Position numbers and translations under genes: made by a program
Source of the DNA: Lingula anatina
Taxonomy: Eukaryota > Animalia > Brachiopoda
Direction of reading: 5' to 3'
Assembly: GCA_051362555.1 (NCBI GenBank)
Contig: CM120644.1
Span: 15,522,534-15,586,533, forward strand
Length of the DNA: 64,000 bases
Notes under the pieces: model-generated
The model's input: only the letters and a program-made list of their open reading frames with translations
What the model was told of the DNA's origin: nothing
Database searches by the model: none
Shown: in pieces, positions 1-13,060 of the stretch
Position numbering within the stretch: the first letter of the stretch is position 1
Layout of the letters: every line of letters begins with the position of its first letter

Positions 1-3000
1 TAAAGCGTGTAAATGTTTTTATTCTGTTTTCATTGGTTGTCTTTCATTTTGCGTGTCAACATTATTTTAATGAAACACAAATTAATTTTCTTCTTTATTA
101 CGTTAATATGAGACATACGTTACCGATATATACGTTACTACGTTACTACAAAGCGCGTAAATATTTATTTATTCTATTTTCATTGGTTGTCTTTCGTTTT
201 GTGGGCCAACACTTATGCCTTAATGTGACATTAAAATGAAAAAAAACCAGACAAAAAATATTTCTTACCTTGAACTATCTGTTAAAATTTTTCATTTGAT
301 TCATACGTTACCGATATGTTCGTAACCAAATAATATGAAGGTGTTGTTTTTTGATTTCATTGTTTGTTCTCTCTTGTCGCGACTCTGTGGTTGCGTGCGA
401 CGTTGTATGTGTGCGCACGCTTGTTATTACCTCACTCATTCTTCTTTGTTACGTTAAAATGATACATACGTTACCAATACATACTTTTCCATGCAACGTG
501 TAAATAATTATTCTATTTTCATTGGATTTCTTTCGCTTTGTGGGCCAACACTAATGTCATTTATTTGTGTTTCATTAAAATAATGTTGAAGCACAAAATG
601 AAAGACAACCACTGGAAACATTTACACGCTTTATGGTAACGTATGTATCATTTTCACGTAACAAAGAAGAATGAGCGACGTAATAACCTGCGTGCGCACA
701 TATACAACGTCGCACGCAACCACAGAGTCGCGACAGCAGAAAACAAACAATGAAATCAGAAAACAATACCTTCACATTATTCTCTAACGTATGTATTATA
801 TGAACAATTTGAACAAACGGTTTCAAGTCAAGTAATCTTTGCTTGCCCTGCTTTTCCTTCTTATTTTAATGTAGTATGCCGTAAGAATAAGGCGTTTGCT
901 CATAAAACGGACAAGAAACAAAAAAAATAAAAGTATTTACACGCTCCATGGTAACTTTTTTTATTGGTTGTCTTTCGTTTAGTGCGCCTTCACTTATGCC
1001 TTAATCAGTCATATGGCAACTGGCTGCGCGTAGGAAAATATTCAGAACGGAGCGCGAGCGCTGAGATGACGTCGCGGTCGAAATTTTGTTAAATGCGTAA
1101 CCATCGCAGAAATTCATGAATTTTCCTTAATTGCCCTCATACGTGCTTGTGAAAAATTAAGACATGGTAGAAGAGTTCACTACGCGTCTCGACGTGTGCG
1201 ATTCACTTGCAAGGAAGCAGAAATGAACGAGTTAGAACTCAACGAAATCGGCCAACGGGTCAATTTTGGGCCGTAGCAACACTGTAACAATTTGAGATTT
1301 CTCCTTTATTAGAAATAACGCATCTTAGTAAAGTCCGTAAAAGGTGGCTTTTTTAATAAGAAATATAATTGTCAAGTTTCATCAAAGTTTATTGTAGCAA
1401 CTTTTTATGCGAGCTGTTGAAGTGCATTTTTTGACCCTATTCCGCTAGGTGTCAGCCATATTCTGACGTCATATTCTCCAATACAGAAGCAAGTGAAGGT
1501 CTGAAGATTTAATTAAATTTCGAAAAGTAAAATATTTTTCACTTATTTGCACAATAAAATGGCCTTTTTTAGTATAATAAATAATATCTGAGGTGTTAAA
1601 CTAATTTTACCTTCATAGATGTCTTATTTCAAAAGACGGACGTTTATCGGTTTCGCACCTGCACAAAACAAGCCGAGTGATGCGAATCCTCCTCGAAATT
1701 TGCTGCCATAAGTTTAATCTGCACAATCCTGAGTTACGAGTAGACTGAACACAACATATTCATTCTGTTTACCATTGCGGACTGCGGCTCTGCTTACACT
1801 GTATGTTTTTTATTCATATTAAAAATAATGAAAAATAACCGACTTCTTATCATCTCGCAACGGTGAATTGAGAACGGCTTCGATAGTTTTTCCCGTGGTG
1901 TGGAGGAGTTGTATTAGTAGGATATAAGAACAAGAAAAATTTGGCGTTTAAGGAAAAAGAAGAACTATATTTCTCATGGAAATCCTAAATTTTCCAGCTT
2001 AAAATATTCTTCAAAAACTCATATATGTCAATTAAGTCAAATTTAAAATAATTTACCCTAAAATCTTGATTCTTCTATTATTCCCACACCCCCTTCATTT
2101 TGCAACTATGAACTGCTAAGCCACCCAGCTATTTGAGATGTGGCATTTGAATCTTTGATACTTTTTGGATACATTTTTTCACTTGTCAAACTTGTTTACG
2201 AAATGTTTTATAAATAGGTCAACATATAACCTCCTGCATAAATGATATCAGAATACATAAACCCTATCTTAGGATCGATTTTTTTTATAAATGATAAAAT
2301 CCCATTGATGAAATCTAACAGAATAGGAGCAATTTTCAAAATGCACCTACAAAGTTACAGGGTTGCCTGTCGCATGCCATGCATCACGGATAGGTGAAGG
2401 TCATTCAGGAAAATACTCACTGGAATGACTAGTTTAAATCGGTTGCGTTCGATTTAACATCGTTCTCAGGTTAGTTTTTATTATATTTGAATAAAATTTT
2501 TAACTTTCAGCAGTATCAAGGTCGAGAAATTTCACTGTTTGGCAGAGGTATCGAGAAACGTCATTTTTTCAGTTTTATTTCGTTGACTGTTGAATTCGGG
2601 AGCAGTGTGACTATACTAGAGATAACGCATTCTTGAAACTTTGAAATTTTAAACCTATGATGATATTTTACATTATATCTAAAAATGAATAAAATTCAGG
2701 CTAGCAACTTTTTTCCTCGCACTATAGTCCCACCCCCTACGAGATACATTTTTTGGTTCATTTTTTTCCAAAGTCCTAAAATCGTGTCCGTATTTCATTC
2801 ATAAATGATGCTCATTTCCGTAATGCTTTGAAACCACGGGTAAGAGTACATGCTTTTCTACATGTCTATAAAAAATGACTGCACAGAGTGCCTTTGTTAG
2901 ATTTTAATAGAGCTTTATTTGCAAGGTATGGTTTTTCACGTCGGCCATCGCAGTTGTCCAATAACGGCGCTATTTCGTGACGCGGACTCACTGAAAAGTT

Positions 3001-6000
3001 TCAAATAACCGCCATGACGTTACGTTTTTCAGCCAGTTGCCATCTGACTGTAATGTGACATTAAAATGTAAAAAAAACGAGACAAAAAATATTTCCTACC
3101 TTAAACAATCTGTGAAAATTTTTCATTTCATTCATACGTTACCGATATGTTCGTAACCAAATAATATGAAGGTGTTGTTTTTTGATTTCATTGTTTGTTC
3201 TCTCTTGTCGCGACTCTGTGGTTGCGTGCGACGTTGTATGTGTGCGCACGCTTGTTATTACGTCACTCATTCTTCTTTGTTACGTTAAAATGATACATAC
3301 GTTACCAATACATACTTTTCCATGCAACGTGTAAATAATTATTCTATTTTCATTGGATTTCTTTCGCTTTGTGGGCAACACTAATGTCATTTATTTGTGT
3401 TTCATTAAAATAATGTTGAAGCACAAAATGAAAGACAACCACTGAAAACATTTACACGCTTTATGGTAACGTATGTATCATTTTCACGTAACAAAGAAGA
3501 ATGAGCGACGTAATAACCTGCGTGCGCACATATACAACGTCGCACGCAACCACAGAGTCGCGACAGCAGAGAACAAACAATGAAATCAGAAAACAATACC
3601 TTCACATTATTCTCTAACGTATGTATTATATAAACAATTTGAACAAACGGTTTCAAGTCAAGTAATCTTTGCTTGCCCTGCTTTTCCTTCTTATTTTAAT
3701 GTAGTATGCCGTAAGAATAAGGCGTTTGCTCATAAAACGGACAACAAACAATAAAAAGAAAAGTATTTACACGCTCCATGGTAACTATTTTTATTGGTTG
3801 TCTTTCGTTTAGTGCACCATCACTTATGCCTTAATGTGACATTAAAATGAAAGAAAACGAGACAAAAATTATTTCTTACCTGCAACTATCTGTGAAAATT
3901 ATTTATCTGATTCATACGTTACCGATATGTTCGTAACCAAATAATATGAAGGTGTTGTTTTTTGATTTCATTGTTTGTTCTCTCTTGTCGCGACTCTGTG
4001 GTTGCGTGCGACGTTGTATATGTGCGCACGCTTGTTATTACGTCACTCATTCTTCTTTGTTTCGTTAAAATGATACATACGTTACCAATACATACTTTTC
4101 CATGAAACGTGTAACTAATTATTCTATTTTCATTGGTTTTCTTTCGCTTTGTGGGCCAACACTTATGTCTTTTATTTGTGTTTCATTCAAATAATGTTGA
4201 CGCACAAAAGGAAAGACAACCAATGAAAATAGAATAAAAAACATTTACACGCTTTATGGTAACGTATGTATCATTTTCACGTAACAAAGAAGAATGAGCG
4301 ACGTAATAACCTGCGTGCGCACATATACAACGTCGCACGTAACCACAGAGTCGCAATAACAGAGAACAAACAATAAAATCAGAAAACAACACCTCCATTG
4401 TTACGTGAAAATGATACATACGTTACCATAAAGCGTGTAAATGTTTTCAGTGGTTGTCTTTCATTTTGTGCTTCAACATTATTTTAATGAAACACAAATA
4501 AATGACATTAGTGTTGGCCCACAAAACGAAAGAAATCCAATGAAAATAGAATAATTATTTACACGTTGCATGGAAAAGTATGTATTGGTATCGTATGTAT
4601 CATTTTCACGTAACAAAGAAGAATGAGCGACGTAATAACCTGCGTGCGCACATATACAACGTCGCACGCAACCACAGAGTCGCGACAGCAGAAAACAAAC
4701 AATGAAATCAGAAAACAATACCTTCACATTATTCTCTAACGTATGTATTATATGAACAATTTGAACAAACGGTTTCAAGTCAAGTAATCTTTGCTTGCCC
4801 TGCTTTTCCTTCTTATTTTAATGTAGTATGCCGTAAGAATAAGGCGTTTGCTCATAAAACGGACAAGAAACAAAAAAAATAAAAGTATTTACACGCTCCA
4901 TGGTAACTTTTTTTATTGGTTGTCTTTCGTTTAGTGCGCCTTCACTTATGCCTTAATGTGACATTAAAATGTAAAAAAACGAGACAAAAAATATTTCCTA
5001 CCTTAAACAATCTGTGAAAATTTTTCATTTCATTCATACGTTACCGATATGTTCGTAACCAAATAATATGAAGGTGTTGTTTTTTGATTTCATTGTTTGT
5101 TCTCTCTTGTCGCGACTCTGTGGTTGCGTGCGACGTTGTATGTGTGCGCACGCTTGTTATTACGTCACTCATTCTTCTTTGTTACGTTAAAATGATACAT
5201 ACGTTACCAATACATACTTTTCCATGCAACGTGTAAATAATTATTCTATTTTCATTGGATTTCTTTTGCTTTGTGGGCAACACTAATGTCATTTATTTGT
5301 GTTTCATTAAAATAATGTTGAAGCACAAAATGAAAGACAACCACTGAAAACATTTACACGCTTTATGGTAACGTATGTATCATTTTCACGTAACAAAGAA
5401 GAATGAGCGACGTAATAACCTGCGTGCGCACATATACAACGTCGCACGCAACCACAGAGTCGCGACAGCAGAGAACAAACAATGAAATCAGAAAACAATA
5501 CCTTCACATTATTCTCTAACGTATGTATTATATAAACAATTTGAACAAACGGTTTCAAGTCAAGTAATCTTTGCTTGCCCTGCTTTTCCTTCTTATTTTA
5601 ATGTAGTATGCCGTAAGAATAAGGCGTTTGCTCATAAAACGGACAACAAACAATAAAAAGAAAAGTATTTACACGCTCCATGGTAACTATTTTTATTGGT
5701 TGTCTTTCGTTTAGTGCACCATCACTTATGCCTTAATGTGACATTAAAATGAAAGAAAACGAGACAAAAATTATTTCTTACCTGCAACTATCTGTGAAAA
5801 TTATTTATCTGATTCATACGTTACCGATATGTTCGTAACCAAATAATATGAAGGTGTTGTTTTTTGATTTCATTGTTTGTTCTCTCTTGTCGCGACTCTG
5901 TGGTTGCGTGCGACGTTGTATATGTGCGCACGCTTGTTATTACGTCACTCATTCTTCTTTGTTTCGTTAAAATGATACATACGTTACCAATACATACTTT

Positions 6001-6645
6001 TCCATGAAACGTGTAACTAATTATTCTATTTTCATTGGTTTTCTTTCGCTTTGTGGGCCAACACTTATGTCTTTTATTTGTGTTTCATTCAAATAATGTT
6101 GACGCACAAAAGGAAAGACAACCAATGAAAATAGAATAAAAAACATTTACACGCTTTATGGTAACGTATGTATCATTTTCACGTAACAAAGAAGAATGAG
6201 CGACGTAATAACCTGCGTGCGCACATATACAACGTCGCACGTAACCACAGAGTCGCAATAACAGAGAACAAACAATAAAATCAGAAAACAACACCTCCAT
6301 TGTTACGTGAAAATGATACATACGTTACCATAAAGCGTGTAAATGTTTTCAGTGGTTGTCTTTCATTTTGTGCTTCAACATTATTTTAATGAAACACAAA
6401 TAAATGACATTAGTGTTGGCCCACAAAACGAAAGAAATCCAATGAAAATAGAATAATTATTTACACGTTGCATGGAAAAGTATGTATTGGTATCGTATGT
6501 ATCATTTTAACGTAACAAAGAAGAATGAGCGACGTAATAACCTGCGTGCGCACATATACAACGTCGCACGCAACCACAGAGTCGCGACAGCAGAGAACAA
6601 CCAATGAAATCAGAAAACAACACCTTCATAATTTATTTGTGTTTC
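1..6645. repeat. Complex palindromic satellite, block A (interrupted by a transposon at 1006-3050)
   Basis: A core (TGTCGCGACTCTGTGGTTGCGTGCGACGTTG...GATACATACGTTACC) recurs in both orientations, e.g. about 360-480 forward and 634-775 reverse-complement. A higher-order period of 1902 bp is shown by identical spurious ORFs at 3405/5307 and 4183/6085. The block runs off the left edge of the window. Confidence 0.95.
1006..3050. mobile_element. Non-autonomous TIR DNA transposon, 2045 bp, 4-bp TSD (superfamily uncertain, possibly Academ-like)
   Basis: 21-bp TIRs CAGTCATATGGCAACTGGCTG (1006-1026) and CAGCCAGTTGCCATCTGACTG (3030-3050) with 1 mismatch. TSD TAAT at 1002-1005 and 3051-3054. The empty site CACTTATGCCTTAATGTGACA is present in sister satellite units (e.g. 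about 4943-4963). No ORF inside. Confidence 0.92.
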
Positions 6646-7244
6646 ATTGATTCTATTATTCGCATCGTTACTTCTACTATCTACCCTTAGAGTTACGAAC
6701 ATGAATGAATGGGGATTGATAAACCAGTCACTTTTTTATGAATGTGCATAGGTCTTTGAGGAATGTAGAGAACAGCAGCCGCGCACATAGCACTAAACGG
6801 ACTTACAGCCCTAGGCATGAATATAGGTCAAGGAATCCAATTAAAAACTCATTCAAGGCCCTACACACTCAGAAACCCTGGCGTTCAACTAGCCGTTGTG
6901 TCTCTATACAAAACAAACATGTTAATTAATCAAAAATAGTAATTAGCATGTGTGTCGCTATACAGAGGCTATGCACATGCAAGGAGTCCTGCAAGTATGG
7001 AGTCTTGAATGGGTTTAGTGCTATGTGCTATTAACTTGACCTACATTCAAGCATACCGCTAAAGGTCTGTTATTAATATAAGTGCTGTCTGCTGCCTTCT
7101 TTGCATCGCCCTTCCTTTTTAACTCGAAGAGAGCTTTCAGATTCACACATCCTACTAGCTGGGTCAGCCCAACTCTGGGATCTCACTTCATTGTGGAATC
7201 AGTGGAATCAGCTTAATTGTCTGACATGCCACCAATCACCCCTC

Positions 7245-7860
7245 CTCCTCAGGGACAGTCACACCCAAAGTCACACTAAAATTCCCCTGTACCCATGCAC
7301 CATGTTCCTAACTCGAATGGTATAGAAGGAGATGAAAGAAATCACGGTGAAAATATTACAGTCGACCATCTCCATGCAGGGACGGCCACTCCCCAAGTCA
7401 CCAAAAATTCCGATGTGCCAAGCACATCTCTAACCATCTCAACCACCCCAGGGATAACCACACCCCAAGTCACAAAAAGTCTTAAATTCCCACGCACATT
7501 TCTTACGATAGTGTATTAATCCCCAACGCTTTTATTTCCTAATTCTAAAGATATAAGGGTAGATAACAGAAAATACAATTTAAAAATTACAATCAACCAC
7601 CCCTAGGGACGGCCACACCCCCAATTTACAAATAAATCATATATGCCCATGTATATGCCTATCAATATCTTTATTATTCCTTGACGTTTCAACTTCCTAA
7701 CTCTAATGGTTTAGGTTATTACAATGAGGAATAGATTATATATTTTCCCCGCCCCAGGGGCAGCCTGACCATTTTCAGCGTACATACTCGAAGCAAACCC
7801 GTCCCCACTCCAATTCTACCTGTTTAGTACTTCAAACAGTTTTAGGCACTTAGAAACAAT
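7245..7860. repeat. Degenerate tandem repeats, probably the interior of a non-autonomous element (Helentron/HINE-like)
   Basis: Recurring CCCCAGGGAC/GGCCACACCCCAA and TTCCTAACTCTAATGGT-type motifs at about 7250, 7378, 7445, 7600 and 7750. Termini not resolved. Confidence 0.45.
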
Positions 7861-7863
7861 CCT

Positions 7864-8048
7864 GGTTGCAAAATGCGTTGCAGTTGCAAAATGCGTTTTC
7901 ACGATTTTCTTTGGTTGCAAAATGCGTTGCAGTTGCAAAATGCGTTCAGTTGCAAAATGCGGCTCTACTTAGTAGGACCGCATTTTGCAACTGAACGTAT
8001 TTTGCAACCGGTTGCAAAATGCGGTCGGTTGCAAAATGCGGCTCTACA
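7864..8048. repeat. GTTGCAAAATGCG direct and inverted repeat cluster (MITE end remnant)
   Basis: About nine copies of GTTGCAAAATGCG or its reverse complement, ending in GCGGCTCTACA. No matching left terminus found. Confidence 0.7.
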
Positions 8049-9187
8049 CCTTAAAGTTTCAAAAACACACTTATCATGATGAAATTGTAAAAATGCATTT
8101 GGTTTTGCATTCTATTGGTATTTGAACGCCAACATTTCTTGTTAACTTTGGTTAGTTTTTATCAATCAGGAGCAGCGTAAGCAGTTGGAGTCGGAAAACA
8201 TCGATTGAAATGTTCCCATTCTTAGCTAGTCATTACACCCTCATCTTTAAGGTCGAGGTAAGAGTTGAGTTTTATCCATATTCAACTTCCGCTTTACAGC
8301 TCTGGCTTTACAGTTTTAGTTACTACGTCTCCATGGAAACCAAGCAAAACCGAAACACCAAAACCAAAAATAGAGACACTGAACCCGATAAATGAGACAC
8401 AAAAGTGAGACAAAAATATGAAAACTGCAAACCTTTTTTTTCGAGGACTTGTAATTGGTTACTATCATGTCAGCCTGTACCAGTTTGATCTGTTCAGTGG
8501 CCGATTAAGATGTTTCTGAAAAATACATTCTGCTCTTAAAATTAAAATTTTGACTAGATAGTTCTAAACCGTACCAAAAGGCACCGTTTGCCCTCCATAA
8601 CAGCAAAAATCTCTGGGCCCTTTAGCAGGCCCGAACCCCACGCCAAGCTGGCGATGGTCGGCTTCGCGTCCGAGCTAGGCCTGTCGTTCCAGACACCCCC
8701 TCCCCCCTTCAAATAATTTTGGATCCGCCTCTGGTGTTCCTATCTCGCTTATGAATCCATGACTAGATTGACAATCAATCAATCTTTCAGGTACGTAAAT
8801 ATGGAATCATTGTAAATTATATTTTACACACCATTTATGGTGCTTTTACTAAATGGGACGACGATTAGGCGCGTTGCTTTTCAATTTTGTAACAACCACT
8901 CAATAGGAATGCCTAATTTTAAGAGTCAATGGCTTTTAAAAATACATACAATTTTCTCGATTGAAAATATCGAGGCGTCACTGCATGTCAGATGCCATAA
9001 ACTGACATGATAATTAATGATAATTCGCCCGCACCTGTTCTAGTTGTTATTACATTCTCATTCTTTATTTACCATGATATATCAACTAACGAAAATTTAC
9101 AACCGCACGGGCTGTCATGCGAAACACCTCCACATATATTACCTCGAAGATCTCCTGAGCGATAATAGGGTTACAAGAAAACTAGTA

Positions 9188-11640
9188 ATGAAAAGGAAAG
9201 CGATCCTACTCACCAAGATGATTGCCTGCGTATTAACGCTGTGTGCTCTGGCCTATTTTACAGGTAACTATTATATTTAACTCTTATTTTTTGTAAAAAG
9301 ATTACAAAATTTTTATTTATAAAAACAACCATCCTTGCGATATAAAGAGGGCTGGTTCGTGCAATTATAAAAATTCTAGAATACACAAATATTAGAAATA
9401 CATGTGTTTGAAAAGTGTTGGTTTTTAGCATTTATCAAGTTATTAAACATCAAACTTCTCGAAGTTAAACGCAAATGTTTTGACATAACTTTTCATCATA
9501 TACTAGGCCATTTTATTTGGCAACGACTGTATTCCTAGTAAATTTTTTTCTTTTGGGCTTTAGTGTGCTTCGTAACCGTCGACGCATGTAGCAACGATTA
9601 TATTTCCTTATACTTTTCATCAGTATTATAAGATATTGACGGAAGATTTTTGATGAAAATTGGGTTTATAGTGGCATATACAATGTATAAAGACACTAAG
9701 ACGACAAAGCCTTTATGAGATATGAATCTTGCAGGAATTTACAAACCCATGTCAATTGATCGAGAAAAGGGAGTAATAAATGGCAGTGACACTTCTCTCC
9801 GAACCACTTACAACTTGCCCAAACTCAGTAAAGAACACGACGCCATAGATAAATGGATCTGGGAGGTATTTAGTTTTACGTTAATTAGACAATAGAGAGT
9901 TTTGGCAAGGCCTTCCGTACGACGTATAACGTGCGACGTCATCACTTTGTGCGTAGTTTTTCTCAAGGACAAGTCATAAGTCATACGGCACTACGTATGA
10001 ATCGGTGATTACACGTAGGTAAGAAACGTATCGAATTTAATAGATTTACGCTTATTTCTTTCAAGTTAAACATACTGCAGAGGAATATATAGGGTGTTAA
10101 GATTCCACTGAATCACTTTTAGACGCTGTCGGTAGAAATACTCTGTGAAAACAGCTGGAAAAACAGCCAGTCAATCAGTCGTCCGTAGTAGTATCAAATT
10201 CAATTTAAGTTGATTTTTTTTCATAAACAACAGGATCTGCGGCATCAATTGACGTAAATAACACATTCCATTCAACATCTTAATTATTCATATCTAAAAA
10301 GAATCCACAAGCAGCTCGCTGGACAGAAGTAGCTGAATCTTTTTTTTTTTTTTTTTTTTTGGGGGGAACTAGCGGCTCCTGGCGGAAAAAACCGCATACG
10401 GAGTGAGACCTGCCAAAACCACTGCTAGCTTTCTCGCGTACGTAAAACGTATTACGTATTGAACTATACGTTACACGTCATACGGAAGGCCTTGCCAAAA
10501 CTCTCTAATAATGGTTTACCTTACCATGATACTGACTTACAAGTACTTAAGTTCTTACGGGAGGTAGAACCCACAGGTCCTTTCTGTTCTTTCACATTAT
10601 TTGTTTACTGATTTCCAGTTGCCTTCTCTCTTTTTCTCTCTGTCTACGCCATTCTATCTCCCGCGGCGTTCTCAGGGTTGAAATTGCCAGGCAAATTACA
10701 ATTTTGACTTGTTCAATATTCACAGCTTTTTGCTGACGTTTCTCATGTTGAACTCATCTTTTTATTGACCTTATATTTTTCTTGTCCTTATTTTGTCATT
10801 GTTGTTATATTTTTGTTGACCTGTTTTGCATAAAACGTTTAAAAACGAAATAACTTTCTGAAACAAATCTTTCAGTCCTTCGGTTGGGACAAGGTACCTC
10901 AGAATTGGGTATCTTCCGTGATCAGGCGAAAACAAAGGTTACAGAACAGATGCAGCGCCCGCAAAACTGCTCCGTTCAACTATTTGAACGATTCAAAATG
11001 GATTTTAGTGGATGACAAATATAAACTAATATTGTGCACTATGTTCAAAGCGGCAAGTCGTAATTGGAGAAAAGTGTATCAGATTCTGTCCGGCCGTCAG
11101 GAATACTATACACAGTTATATTCCTATGGCAGCAAGAACAACAGTATGCGCTTAGCAAACTATCTGAAGGTCTTAGTGGTGCGACACCCATTAGAGAGAC
11201 TCGTGTCGGTGTACAAGGAACAAGTTTTGTTTAGGCATTTAGGTCCCAGAGTGAAAACATATGTGAACAAGCAATATAAGAGGAACATTACTTTGCAAAA
11301 ACATATTTCCTTTTCGGATTTCTTGCAGTATATAGCAGACAATGGACCAAACAATGCCCACTGGGCTTTGGTCGAGGATTTTTGCAAACCCTGTGACGTT
11401 CAGTATGACGTCATCGTTCATCATGAAGATCTTACCACTGACGCGCCTAATGTCATGTGTCTACTTGGCGCCGAACACTTGATAGCACAATTCCCGTCAT
11501 CTCATCGCGAGATCGAGTCCTACCGCAACGAGACTCTCATACAAAAATATTACAGCGGGATAGATAGAGATCTGCTGAAAAAGGTGTGGGATATTTACAA
11601 AGAAGAGGCAACCTTCCTCGGATATAAATTAGATCTTTGA
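9188..11640 (+). CDS. Golgi type II carbohydrate sulfotransferase (Sulfotransfer_2 / CHST8-14, HNK-1ST family), about 323 aa, 3 exons
   Basis: Exons 9188-9263 (MKRKAILLTKMIACVLTLCALAYFT, signal-anchor), 9735-9865 and 10876-11640, all GT-AG and in frame. Motifs LCTMFKAASRNWRK (5'-PSB), VRHPLERLVSVY (3'-PB) and HWALVEDFCKPCDVQYD. Confidence 0.9.
9894..10506. mobile_element. MITE, 613 bp, in sulfotransferase intron 2 (PIF/Harbinger-group-like)
   Basis: About 39-bp TIRs AGAGAGTTTTGGCAAGGCCTTCCGTA... and ...TACGGAAGGCCTTGCCAAAACTCTCT. 3-bp TSD AAT at 9891-9893 and 10507-10509. Confidence 0.88.
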
Positions 11641-11668
11641 ATGTATGTCGTAATACGGCACATACATA

Positions 11669-11860
11669 CACTGTAAAAACAGTGTTTAGCTCTGAGACAC
11701 ATTCCTGTTTTGTCTCATTTTTTCCACGCTTTTAGCACCTAAGCACGTTTAGCCTATTAACATGTTACACGCTTTGACGTGCTTGACGCCTAATAAATGT
11801 AGGATGTATTTGTCTAACTTTAATAAGGTTGTAACGTTTTCAACCTCACACACACTCACT

Positions 11861-11900
<40 letters not shown>

Positions 11901-13060
11901 GTCACGGTCACCTTGAACTGCTATAGCTATCTCTATCTATAACAGGGTACCGTGAACTGTCAACATAGTTGATTCACACCATCATCTTTACAGCGGGACT
12001 TATTAATCCTTGTGTTAGCTGACCTTGCGAGGAAGTTTATTGGAATATATTTCTGAAAAACAAGTTAGGAAAATTCACTAGTTTACAAAAGACACGAAAC
12101 AACTATCACTTTTACTTTAAAACATTTTTTCATATTTTGATAAAATGCGTTAAGGCATTGATGTTCATTTATTTCTTCCGGAAGTAATGAACAATAGAAC
12201 ATCAGGATGATGGTGGGGTATTCATTATAATGGTTTATATAAGCTTTCATCACATGCTGGTTATTTTGGTAACGATAGTCCGAATATTTTACAAATCGCA
12301 CCGCTCTAGTCGCCGACTAACCCAAGCCCATTTTGGAATTAACCGCTAACTGTAGTTCATACAGCATAAGACGTGTTTTGGTGATTTATAAAAAAGGTTT
12401 TCAAAACATTAAATAATGTTTTTTCCAGAATGTTATAAAACGCTTATAAAACTGCAAGGGCATCATTTTGCATGGAGTTAAAAACACCCATAACGTTACC
12501 ATGACGTTATTCTATACCATCACCATCATGTAACTAGCTGATAACGTCGTGAAAGCGTTATTTATTATTTGGATTATTACTTTATAGGCCTATTTTAAAT
12601 AATCACACGTTACTGCAAGGAAGGACACAACGCGTTCGAGCAGGCTGCCTCTCGCCTCCAACAGCCCCATATGTTTCTATGGGATCGTATACATGGGATT
12701 GTGAAACTTTTTTTTTTTTTTTTTTGTGACGAGCTTGAAAAGCTAAACATGTTGTTTAGCAGCTCCACGCGTTAAGGAATTCCACACCTATAGCAGCTCC
12801 ATATGTTTAGCAGCCTCACGCGCTTAGCAGAGGAAGTGCTTAGCCAATGTGCTTAGCTTGTGATAGACTTGTTATAGAATCATATGCCGGTGAAGCTAAA
12901 CACATAGCTAAACGTGTAACAATGCCAACGTGTCTAGTTTTTTCTTCTGTGAAACGCTTGAAAAGCTATACGCGTTTAGCATTTACACAGATTTCTAAAT
13001 GCGTATAGGTGCCTAACGTGTGTTGTATGTATTTAAATGCTAAACACTGTTTTTACAGTG
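11669..13060. mobile_element. Non-autonomous CACTG-ended (EnSpm/CACTA-like) element, 1392 bp
   Basis: Perfect 22-bp TIRs CACTGTAAAAACAGTGTTTAGC (11669-11690) and GCTAAACACTGTTTTTACAGTG (13039-13060), TA on both flanks, subterminal GTTTAGC/GCTAAAC repeats and an internal (CA)n. A related partial copy lies at about 35600-36153. Confidence 0.85.

Noticed and set aside
9672-9734. Apparent in-frame TGA (9716-9718) in sulfotransferase exon 2, suggesting a pseudogene or selenocysteine
   Set aside because: It arises only with the weaker acceptor at 9671. The TCTTGCAG acceptor at 9734 has the same phase and gives an open frame.
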